Source: Phoronis australis
Taxonomy: Eukaryota; Animalia; Phoronida
NCBI GenBank assembly: GCA_002633005.1
Contig: NMRA01000370.1
Span: 372,001-436,000 of the forward strand
Length of the DNA stretch: 64,000 nt
Reading direction: 5' to 3'
A model generated the notes under the pieces. It was given only the letters and a program-made list of their open reading frames with translations. It did no database searches and was not told where the DNA came from. How positions within the stretch are numbered: the stretch's first letter is position 1; each line of letters begins with the position of its first letter. Shown in pieces: positions 1 to 11,089 of this stretch. The translations under genes were made by a program, and so were the position numbers.

Positions 1-1341
1 GCTCCTTTAAATTTGGTCCGATCATAGAGTAAATATCATAATTTTTAGTTTTAAAGTTCATTATACCTTTACTGACATCAATGAAGTACTACACCGCAAT
101 GATGTCATACACTTCTCATGATTGCTATATTTTCAGCAAGGACTTGCGTTGATACATGTCAGCATGCTGGTATACCATAAACAGCAGATTTGTAACTCTT
201 GCATATAACCACTCATGTTGACGAGATATAAATCTGAAATTAACTGTGCTCACCTATCACTCTGACTGAACAAACGTAATCCACCACAAACAAAACCGCC
301 CCTGGCTCAAACTAATCGCCCATGCGTTCAATGTGCCATAAACAAAATCTCAGCTGATTAAAGTTGCGTATTTGTAAAGCAAACAAAAACATTGAAGAAA
401 AAAACATAATACACGTTCTTCTCTTAGTTTCTTATTTGTTTAATCTTCTTTTGGTGATAAACAGCATAATCACCCTTTATGCGGAATAATGATAAAACAG
501 GACTTATAGTAGAACAGAGAGGTCATAATGAAGTCGTCACTAAAAAGAAAAATTAATTCTAATTGTAGAAGAATTTTTTCATTTAAATACCATTTGAACT
601 GATTTTTACACTACTAGTGAATCTGGAATATCTTCCAACGCTACGTAGTCATTGTTGCGCGGATCACCCATTAGGCAGATCTTATGGTAACATAATTGGC
701 TCGCAAGTGGACGAGAAAGCATGCAGAGTTTACCCTAAAGTATCTAGTGAATTCCTTGGCATGTCAAAGGCTTGATGGCGCGGTCATGTCATAACACAAC
801 ACACCTGTTTAATGTATGAGTTTTAATGTCAAAAATGAACACCAAGTATTTAAAGGCAAATGACCAGTGTGGCTGTTTTTGAACTTGAAAAGTAACTAAT
901 ACCCGTCTTTGAATTTTTCAAAACTGATGCAAGAGAAATTAGGGAATAGGTTTTCGTCACCATCGTGGCTAAGCCATGAGCATTAATGTGAATCGATTAG
1001 GACAGGTTAGTCACAGTTTGGAGTAGCCTCGCTTAGGTGTAACAAAGCTCCAACTATTTTAGTGTTAGCATAGGAGTTGCCTCATGCTGACAATGCTCGT
1101 AGACAGGCTAGATCTTATCAATATTGTTTGCAACGCATAGTACATTGTTGTCAGATTACTTATGAAAGACACACACTGACATTCCAGAGAAACCAAACAC
1201 CTCACAATTGTGTAGTAGGCCTCTCAAGGGAGTTTGTTGCAGACAAAAGGTTCCATTTAGGAATACAAATCTACCAAGTTTTTCATGGAGTTCTGGACTG
1301 GGATCCTTTTTTCAAGCCCACTCTATGAATGAGTGGAAGTT

Positions 1342-1726
1342 GCCCAAACTAAATCGGTGCACTTTAGTTTGGCGTGGGTTGATGAGCCAAACTGATGCCT
1401 GCGCCAAACTAAAGCTACCTTAAGTTCCCAAATTATTGCCAATATATGGTTTATATGTTTTTTAATGGTTATCAGAACTGAAATTGAAGACAATGAGTGC
1501 GGCGTGGTGTCTAATATAATAGTTTCACAGGACATTTCCCCCACGTGACTACATGCCCTGCATATATGTGCACATACTGTTGTCAATTTTGGGTTCTCAG
1601 TGATAAGCACAAAAAATCCATAAACCACTTGCAGTAATTTGGGAACTGACGAGAGCTTCAGTTTGGTGCAGGCAACAGTTTGGCATCAACCCGCTCCAAA
1701 CTGAAGTGCGCCAATTCAGTTTGGGC
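1342..1726. mobile_element. MITE / foldback element with ~75-bp imperfect terminal inverted repeats
   Basis: 1342-1416 (gcccaaactaaatcggtgcactttagtttggcgtgggttgatg...ccaaactaaagct) is the approximate reverse complement of 1654-1726 (agcttcagtttggtgcagg...cagtttgggc). No coding capacity. Confidence 0.6.
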
Positions 1727-2133
1727 TGTGACAGCCACTCAGGCATTCAGGGAGTGGGCTTGAAATGCGCCAAATCAGTTCATGGCAGGCATCACTTTGG
1801 GCTGCAACATGGACATCTTGATCAGAGACGAACCAGCTCTGACCCGACTTCTGAAAAACATCACCCAGTACCCACCAGAATTATAGCTTTACCTAGGACC
1901 ATGCAATATCACTGTATATTACCCGCAGGTTTTACCAAACAATCATAGCAGTTGTGACTACAACAGTAAGAATTCCTTTTAATATATTCATATCAGCAGA
2001 ACCCAGATAAGATGAGCACAGCATCACCTGATAACAGACACAGTGCAGTTGAGCTTGAGCCGAGGGCTTCACTGAGGATTGTTGTGACTGAGTCAAGTGA
2101 TTTGTCTATGGTTGATTTGCACGTTATGTTGAC

Positions 2134-3206
2134 TGTAGTAATAGCCGAGATTACTCGACCTGGGAAACGAACCAGCGACCCCCATAAAACAGGCAAGCGT
2201 GCTAACCATTCAACTAATAGGCAATTGCCCCTTAGCGAGTAGCTAACAGAGGCTCATATTATCACCGGAAGCACATCTACAACATTCCCCCCCTTTCCTA
2301 CGGAACAGGCACGCCACCAGGAAGGTGAACACCAGGATGTCTCGCATACAGCCTTTACAGGTCATCCGTGTCCCTTGGTACCTTTTTCACCACAAGACAG
2401 GTGAATACAAGGTAGTCTCTCATACAGGTCCTTGACTCCTGGAACCTTCCATGCGGGCCGTCCCGACCAGGTCCGCGGGTACTAGTTGGCAGTGCTTCAT
2501 CGGGAGATAATCCGTTTGCCGACAACGCCATTTGTAGTAATAGCCGAGATTACCCGACCCAGGGATCGAACCAGCGACCCCCATAAAACCGGCAAGCGTG
2601 CTAACCATTCAGCTAATAGGCACTTGCCCGTTAGCGAGTAGCTAACAGAGGCTCATTATCACCGGAAGCACATCTTCAACTAGGCAATGACCATCGCCTC
2701 TGTTGGCCCGAAGCTGGTTCGGGCCAACAGAGGCGATGGTCATTGCCTACTCCTACAGGCGCTCCATATGCCGGAAGCTTTTCGGCGAATTATGCCTCGC
2801 ACCGACTAAAACATCAAAGTCACGTTATTATAAATACCTTTTACGCATAGAGGAATACCTTAGGAGGTTGTCGATGTGTTTAAAAATGGTGAGCTCACGG
2901 TTTTGAAAACTGAACGAAAGACTGTTCGAACAAAAAGTTCGATTACGGAACGTAAGTATTTGTTCGAGTTGGAAGGAATTAAACGCACCGCCTCCTAAGG
3001 TGTCCCTCTATAGGCAAAAGGTATTTATAACAACGTGACTTTCATGTTTTAGCCAGTGCGAGGCATAATTCGCCGAAAAGCTTCCGGCGTATGGAGCGCC
3101 TATAGGAGCTGCATCGCCTCTGGTCGGGCCAACAGCGATGGTCATTGTGACATTGTGTTGTCGGGCCAACAGAGGCGATGGTCCTCTCATTGCCTAATCT
3201 TCAACA
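2134..3206 (-). mobile_element. TRIM (miniature LTR retrotransposon) with tRNA-like LTRs, Helenus-type, copy 1; the end of its 5' LTR is interrupted by a MITE
   Basis: Direct repeats TGTAG...CAACA at 2134-2284 and 2533-2680 (final A displaced to 3206 by the MITE). On the minus strand the PBS TGGCGTTGTCGGCA follows the right LTR and the PPT GGAAAGGGGGGGAA precedes the left LTR. 4-bp TSD TGAC at 2130-2133 and 3207-3210. LTR minus strand carries A-box TAGCTGAATGG and B-box GGTTCGATCCC. Confidence 0.85.
2681..3196. mobile_element. Long-TIR MITE (Mutator-like, 9-bp TSD), copy 1
   Basis: Termini TAGGCAATG...CATTGCCTA; exact 9-bp duplication ATCTTCAAC at 2672-2680 and 3197-3205; same family as 3897-4855. 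Confidence 0.8.
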
Positions 3207-3896
3207 TGACACAGCTCACAAATCAATCGACTGACTCAGACCTCTTGCCGAAAATCAAATTTCAAATACTACATGCATTGGCACAAATGCACACTAAATA
3301 ATTTAACTACATACCAGCTATATTTCAAATCATATGACGTGTTCCAACTACCGTTTTAGTCTGCTTCACCACCTTCTAGCTAACCACCATGTCGGATTTT
3401 CTGATCACGTGACAAATCCAAAAATAGACATGTCTCCTAAGTAGGTCACGGGATTTCACCACGGCACGCAACCAGGGATCAATCACGAGTAAAGCTGATA
3501 AAAGCACGGTATAAAAAGTCTCAACATTTCTCAGTTGGATGGTTTTGGTAATTTGAAGTTGTGGATGTGTTGATGCAGAGGTAGGTAACTTCCATTTATA
3601 CTGAAAATTACCGTTCAATGAACCAAATGTGTAACAGAAAAATTAATTTGCTGTAAACCGGAAATTGTGCTATAAGCTTGGGCAGTTACTCAGCGCACAG
3701 GCACCTTTGATCAGCCCTCAACTATACACTAAATAGTATATGGTCAAGGGCTACTTAAAGGTGCCTGTGCTCAGCGTTGTCTAATTTTATGCTGTGAGAG
3801 ATGGTCAGGCTCCCTATTAAGTAAATTCTTCCCACGAATTTAGGTGAACCAGGCTGCCATTTACATAACTTAAGTAGTTATAGGCAAAGCTCAATG

Positions 3897-4855
3897 TAGG
3901 CAATGACCATCGCCTCTGTTGGCCCGACCAGAGGCGATGCAGCTCCTATAGGCACTCCATACGTCGGAAGCTTTTCAGCGAATTATGCCTCGCACCGACT
4001 AAAACATCAAAGTCACGTTGTTATAAATAACTTTTGTGCATTAGGGCAACACCTTAGGAGCTAGGTTGTCGATGTGTTTAATTTCTTCCAACTCGAACAA
4101 ATACTCCCGTTATCAAACTTTTTCTTCGAGCAGTCCCTATTTCAGTTCCCAGAATCGTGAACTCAACATTTTCACTCGGCGCACGCCAAGAGATATGACG
4201 TACTCATTCTTTTAACCAGGCCGAAGGTCAGAAGTTGCGGTCCTACCGGCGAACTTTGAAAGCTGAAGTTCCCGCCCTTTGTGTACGTGCTGCAGGGAAC
4301 CAGCCGTGCATTTGCCGTGTTGTAAAACATCAACATGTCAAATATGTGCACAAAGACTATTAATTGTCATATCAACAGCATTTATTTTTATCAAATACAA
4401 ACAATAATTCATTGAAATACAATCAGTTTCAAGTAACGGCAATTAAAGACAAGTAGTGGTGGCATTTTGGAAACGAACATCTGACTGACAAGACCGCAAT
4501 GGCTCACCTTTGGCCTATTTAAAGATTAAGGTTATGAAGTCACATCACTTAGCGAGCGCGGTAAAAATTGGAGCGTGCGCAGTATAAAAATGGGGAGTTA
4601 ACGATTTTGGGAACTGAACGAGTGACTGCTCAAACAAAAAGTTCGATAACGGGAGAATGTTCGAGTTGGAAGGAATTAAACACACCGTCAACCTCCTAAG
4701 GTGTCCCTCCATACGCAAAAGGTATTTATAACAACGTGACTTTCATGCTTTAGCCAGTGCGAGGCATAATTTGCCGAAAAGCTTCCGGCATATGGAGCGC
4801 CTATAGGAGCTGCATCGCCTCTGGTCGGGCCAACAGAGGCGATGGTCATTGCCTA
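3897..4855. mobile_element. Long-TIR MITE (Mutator-like), copy 2, ~960 bp
   Basis: Starts TAGGCAATGACCATCGCCTCTGTTGGCCCGACCAGAGGCGATGCAGCTCCTATAGG and ends with its reverse complement; the imperfect inverted arms extend roughly 270 bp; no transposase ORF. Confidence 0.8.
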
Positions 4856-4862
4856 AGCTGAC

Positions 4863-5393
4863 TGTAGTAATAGCCGAGATTACTCGACCTGGGAATCGAA
4901 CCAGCGACCCCCATAAAACCGGCAAGTGTGCTAACTATTCAGCTAATAGGCAATTATCTGTTAGCGAGTGGCTAACACAGGCTCATATATGATTCACTGG
5001 AAGCACTTTAACAACATTCCCCCCTTTCCTACGGAACGGGCACGCTAACAGGAAGTTGAACACCAGGATGTCTCCCATACGTAGGTCATCAACGTCCCTT
5101 GGTGCTTTTACCACCACAACACTGGTGAACACAAGGTAGTCTCTCATACTCAGTTGGTCCTTGGCAACCTTCAAAACGCGCCGTCCCGAGGTCCACGGGT
5201 ACTAGTTGGCAGTGCTTCATCGGTATATCATCCATTTGCCGACTACGCCAATTGAGATTACCCGACCTCGGGAATCGAACCAGCGACCTCCATAAAACTG
5301 GCAAACGTGCTAACCATTCAGCTAATAGGCAATTGCCCGTTAGCGAGTGGCTAACAGGCTCATATATGATTCACTGGAAGCACTTTCACAACA
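4863..5393 (-). mobile_element. TRIM with tRNA-like LTRs (Helenus-type), copy 2
   Basis: LTRs at 4863-5016 and ~5253-5393 (small deletion at the inner end). PBS on + is tgccgactacgcca (5237-5250), identical to the 3' end of eukaryotic tRNA-Ser plus CCA. PPT at ~5017-5029. Flanks TGAC / TGCC. Confidence 0.8.
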
Positions 5394-5692
5394 TGCCAAT
5401 GTGCCAGTCAGTTTTCGGACATCAAGTGATTAGGGACCTTAACAGTGTTCCTGATAAACAGTTTAACAGGCTTCTTGGCGACAGCGGATCTTGTACAAAT
5501 CTCTAGATGAAGGACATGGTGTCATAAAACGGGCCATTTGTTTGTAAAAACTAGGAAGTTACATGCTGACCCTTAAAAATGTTTGCGATTTATATACATG
5601 AGTTACTCCTTGAATTTAGTAGTCCTTCATACCTGTAGTTACGTCTGAAGTCTCATGTTGTGCATTATTTCCCTTATTTTCAGGTCTTACTG

Positions 5693-5852
5693 ATGGCAGG
5701 TGTTGAGAACAGTACAATCACTGAGCTATCTGCTCTAAAAGAAAGTTATGGTTCATCTTGTCGAGTCATTCAAGACTGTGGCGAGTTCAGTCACATGGTA
5801 ACAATCAGACTAAAGAATTCCAGTGATGTCACACTTAAATTCCAGCTAACAG
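5693..5852 (+). CDS. LENG9-like gene, first coding exon (N-terminal half of an RWD domain)
   Basis: Acceptor ttttcag ends at 5683, ATG at 5693; encodes MAGVENSTITELSALKESYG...DVTLKFQLT; donor G|gtaac at 5853 (phase 1) joins the exon at 8013 in frame. Confidence 0.75.
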
Positions 5853-8012
5853 GTAACACTGAGATGGTGTATATAACTGTGTTTACCATAGAAATAGGGT
5901 GCCTTGTCACGTGAATAGATATGTACAAGAACCGGCAACGCCATCCCAAGCTCTAGTGAACATAGGCTTTTCCAGGGGGGTCAAGGGGGCCCTGGCCCCC
6001 TTTTTTCTTTTGATTTTAGTGATATCAAATCTAGAATTTTAAATTGTTGACTTAGACCCCCCTTTTAAAAAATCCTGGTGAATATTGATTAAGTTCTGTT
6101 TGTGTGAAGCAGAGCACTTATTACCTTAGCAATGACTTCAATAGTAACTCTTTGACTTGTGATTTAATGATAGGTCCGACCTGAATTGAATTTCCTTTGT
6201 TGTGGCGGCAGAAAAATGAGTAGGGTGCCTGACTTACTTTTCAAAATATCAGACAGGTCCTGAATTGATTATAGGGGATCTTTTGGGCTTCAGTTTTTTG
6301 TTTCAGTTTTGGTTAACATAAACTTGAAACTGAGTATCGAATGTCGCTTATTTGTGCACTATACTCAGGCATAAGGAAAAAGTATATTACAGTATTTTAC
6401 TCTAATCCTTGTGATCAAAACTTCATCAATTTTTTTTGCCATCACAGAATGAATGTCATTAAAAACTTTAGTTTATTTTTGCAAGCCTTTTGCCTGCAGG
6501 ATAAAGTTGTATGACCATTTTATCATAAATAGTATTCCATGTGTGATCTGTTCAAATTGTATATGTGATATATGCCTGAGGCCTACTTGAACTAATAATA
6601 ATAATAATAGTAATAATATAGTGGCTCTAAACTCAAACTTATAGCTTTTAAACGCTGTGATCATCATGCCTAGAATTGTACGGTGACACTCGCCTTACCT
6701 CAAAATCCAACTGCTGCCTGGTGGTTTGGTAATTGGCTCAATTGTGTTGCACACCCAACAGAATTAATGAGGAAGATATTATTGCAACAGTAAATAAAAG
6801 TTTTTAGGTTGTAAAAGTCACAGGTTTTTCCAATTTTCAAAATTCAAAAACCTAATCACATGCGCTGTTCACGAAGTATTCAAATATGCCATGTGCAAAC
6901 TTTTAAAATGAAAATTTGAAAATACTGTAATTGTTGCCCCCCAATGTGTTTATGATGGTCTTATTGTCTAGAGAATGATAATGTCAGCAGCCTGAGGCTA
7001 TTTAGTTAACCACAACAGCATGGTGTCTTTAATCTGAACCGGCAAATTTCCCAAGCTCAACAGTTAGGGTGTCACCGTAAGATTATTTTCATGATGAAGT
7101 GCAAATCAGAATCAGACACATAAACGATAATGATAACTTGAGCACACATTAATTACAAAAATCTGATGTAATGTGCCCGTGTTTTGAGAACTAGCTGATG
7201 TCCATTATTCATGGTTCTCAGAATGCGGGCCCGTTATATCAGCCAGATACTTATAAATTATCTTGAGTTTCCACTATAGTAGAAGGGAAATTATCAAATA
7301 CATTTTGAGCTTGATTTCGAGCATAAAGATTAGATCCATGGCTAAGACTGATATCTGCTTTTTAAAGCCCCTGTCCTCTTGGAGTTGAAACTAACAAAAG
7401 AATTTTACAGAAATGCTCACATAAGAACTTATTGAGGAAAATATTGTATCTCTAATTTTATTAATTAATTAATTTATTTATTTATCTCCAGTGAATCACC
7501 AACAGGGGGCGAAGTAAACTGATACGCTACACTAGAGATTAGCAATTAAAAATGCCACTAAAATGGTGATTAAACGCCCATGTAGCTGGTTTTCTACCAG
7601 TAAAATTACATTTCTTAATCACACATTTAAGTATTCAGTAGAAATTGAGTGAAGGTTTAAGTGATAATATCGATATATCATTCTTTATCACGAACAACAT
7701 GTTAGGTCAGTAAGGTGCAAAATTGGTATAAAAATCTTGCAAATTTTTGGACAAAAAGAATTTTCAAACTTGCCTTTTTTATTTTTCAAGGGGTTCTAGC
7801 TTGGTTGTGAATGTCCAATTAAAAAAAAAATTGTATGGTGGAAGCTATGGTACAGAGAACTTATCTTTTAATGAGAAAAAACGAGAAAATTAATTTCCAT
7901 ATCGTGTCCTAATGGTGAGGTTTTACCATACATGGCGATTTTGCATCTGTCGTGCTCACAGTTCCTGCATTTTGTAAAGAACACATCAAGAAAGCTGTTA
8001 ATCTTGTTGTAG

Positions 8013-9439
8013 AGAGCTACCCTGATGAGGCCCCTCAAGTGATCGTCATATCCAGTAACCGTGACAGTGAAAAAGAGCAGTTGGTGCAGCATTATATTTC
8101 CTCAAGACTAGAGGAGTTCAAGGAGGAGCATATGTTGACGAAATCACTTCAGATGCTTGAGGAATGGCTGGATAAAGGAAAGCAAAAGACGTTTAAAAAT
8201 GACAAAACCGTGAAAGAAGAAGCGTCGGATAAACAAAAGAAAAAGAAATTGAAAGAGAAAAACAAAGAAGATTTGGCAACTTGTGATAGTGAGAAGAAGT
8301 CCTCCATGAAAACAGCCGAAGACGTTATTTCCCGTATTCTTTGGGACAGTGATTTGTTGCCAGAGTGCTTTACCATTGGCTACCTAGATCGTTTTACGGG
8401 CATTGTGGAGAAGGCATTCGAAGCCTTCTCATGGGAGGATATTGCTACTGTAGATTATGACACTTTAGCCATTCCAAAGCACAGAATCCAGTATTTTAAG
8501 TACAAAGATGAAATTGTATGGGACAAAACGAAGCGACTTGATAATGTTTTTGGGTCTACGGGTAGTGGACTGACTGTAATAGATGTCATCAGACGATATG
8601 AGAATAGTAGCAATGCAGATAGAGGGAGAGCAGATGTGTACCCAGATAGTAATAGGTATGATGAAGGCGAAGATATCAAAAGTACTGATATTAATGGCAC
8701 AAAATCTGGAAAGCAATTTGCTGAATTAAAAACTGATTACAATGATGCTCAGGAAAAGATTGAAGCAATGGATTTTGAAAAAAGTTGTCTACTTACGGAA
8801 AGTTCAGATGAGGAGGTTAAGAAGTGGGATAATAAAGCAAGGCCTAACTACTTTGTTGCCATCCGTGTGACAAACCCTGATGTTTTGTTAGCTGTCACAA
8901 CTGTGCAGCAGGCTGTTGTTCAGCTTGAGCCTCGTTATGATGAGTGTATGATCCCCCAGAGGGCTCTGCACGTCACACTATGCACATTACGCTTAAATAC
9001 TGCAGAACAGATCACAGATGCAGTCCGCTGTCTGAACAGTATAAAAGATGACTTAAAGAGAATTCTAAGTGACGACAATCAATTGGAGTTAAAAGACGTG
9101 AATTGTTTTCGCGATCGCGTACTGCACGTTAAGGTTCAGGAAAAATCTTCTCTTCTGCGTTTTGCTGATCATGTAAAGCTGTCTCTGCAAGCTTGTGGCT
9201 TCGAAATAAAAGATTTTTATTCTTTCACCCCTCACATGACCATTGCAAAGATTTCTCGTCCAATTGCCAGGACAATCGGTACGAGGCAGTTTGATGAAAG
9301 AATTTACTATGGACTGGATCAAGTAGAGTTTGGATGCCAGACTATTGACTCAATTCATCTGTGTTCCATGATGGATGAAAGACGAGAAGACGGATTCTAT
9401 AGGTGTGCAACATCCATTTCTTTGGACAAAGCAAATTAG
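8013..9439 (+). CDS. LENG9: LENG9-like protein, main exon: RWD C-terminal half + MJ1316/DUF504 domain + AKAP7-like 2H phosphoesterase; spliced product ~528 aa
   Basis: Acceptor ttgttgtag ends at 8012, giving FQLT-ESYPDEAP (RWD YPxxxP motif). MJ1316 signature MKTAEDVISRILWD...GYLDRF...IPKHRIQYFKY...WDK from 8306. 2H domain RPNYFVAIRV with two HxT motifs (HVT at 8969, HMT at 9233). Stop TAG ends at 9439. An alternative in-frame acceptor ends at 7961. Confidence 0.85.
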
Positions 9440-10677
9440 TTGACATAATTTTACTTCTACACACTTCTGATGCAATTCGGCCTTGAGAAACTGTCCCTGA
9501 GGTAGTCAGCTCACAGGAAGGTGCAAGCATTTGATTGGTAGACAAGCTGATGATGAGTTGCATAACGAATCAAAACATTGATTTTTGCTCTCCTGATGCC
9601 ACTGACTACTCAAATCAGGGATTGTAGCGTTTCAAGTTTATATCGGCTCCCTCAAGTCCTCAAGACTGTACAATGACCATTTTGCCTTACATCAAAATAA
9701 AATCATTTGCTAAACCAACGTGGGAGTTGACCATTCTGTGATATGATATCAAAAAATTTTCATTTGGTATATGTAAACATCATTCCTGCCAAACCGAATG
9801 TGTAAGTTGGATTTTCGGCTTTGCAATAAAATATCAAGTTAAAATTTTGTAATTTATTAATATGACAAAAATGTATAAAGGACAATATTTGAAACATTCC
9901 CTGATTTACTTTAAGCAAACCCAAACCACACATTACTATACAATAGAAAGAATAGCTACCACAAATTTCAATACCTAGTACACAATCTAACAAAAATTAC
10001 AAACAGTCCATAAAAGAATTACAAAATATTACTAACAGGCCAAAGAATTACAACATTACTGTTGTACTTTCAGGCCAAAGAATAGCATTAGTTTTGGTCT
10101 ACGCCCAACTGGCTGTTTAAAGAACACAAAATGCCCACTAGGCAACTTGGAGATTATTCCATGCCCTCTTTCCTGAGCTTTAAGATGCTGTCTCATTAAA
10201 TTGCGAATATGCGAATGAAGCACTAGTTTACAAACCCCAAGTACCAGTAGTTACCATTACAATCTCGAGAGTCTTGTTTTGCGAGACTATTTTTAAGTAA
10301 ATGAGTATGGTAAGTGTTATCCTAATGACGCACAGTTTTTATCATTTCACTATCAAATAATGATTGCGCAGTATTTGGAATTACTAGGTTTTTTTTTATA
10401 CACACTTGTTTTTCAGTGTATCAGTTGAGGTGTTTTCTTTAAAACTGCAATTTATTTACAAATTGTTTCTTTTCCTAATTGTACTTGATGTACACACAGT
10501 TCTCCAAGAAGTCACAAGGTGGCGCGTTTTACAAATTTAAAAATCCACAGTTTCAATGAGACACAGCATCTTGAACTGATTGAGAATGGGTTTCCGGAGA
10601 CTATCCCAAACAGAAGTATAGCCAACCATGTCACATGATCACACTTCTCTTCATATTCGGATGGACCAGGTAATAAT

Positions 10678-11089
10678 CAGGGCTTGGAATGACCAACGAC
10701 AAAAAACGCGGAAACTTTGAAACTTTTATGGCCCAAGTCATGCCTGATAACCAGCCTTGAATTGGTCAATGTGAACCTTTCCCCGACAAAAATCGCAGAG
10801 CGGTAGTATTTGTCGCCGCGCTTAACAATAACACGAGACGCCATTGAAAATCCCACCACGCTGTCCCAGATGCCCCGGCAATGTTGACAATTTACGTTCC
10901 TCCGAAACATAAAGAGCAACTTCCGCTTTTCGAGGTGAACGTCGTCTGCAACGCCGCGGTAAGAAAGGAATTTGCCGTGGAAATTTTATATCAAATCCGA
11001 TTTTTTTACCCAGAAATATTATAAAAAAAGCGGAAACCACATTTGAAAAAAGCGGAAATCCGCGTTTCCGCAGAAAATTCCAAGCCCTG
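10678..11089. mobile_element. hAT-like MITE
   Basis: TIRs CAGGGCTTGGAA / TTCCAAGCCCTG; a second partial copy ends at 33526. No clean TSD seen. Confidence 0.6.

Noticed and set aside
2134-2680. Functional tRNA genes in the TRIM LTRs (also at 27147-27420 and 38937-39010)
   Set aside because: A and B boxes are present, but acceptor and anticodon arms are irregular and the sequences are embedded in repeats, so they are tRNA-derived parts of mobile elements.
7952-8012. GTG start of the 495-aa ORF as the true start codon
   Set aside because: This is a eukaryotic gene; the segment is better explained as intron ending at the acceptor at 8012, with the ATG in the upstream exon at 5693.
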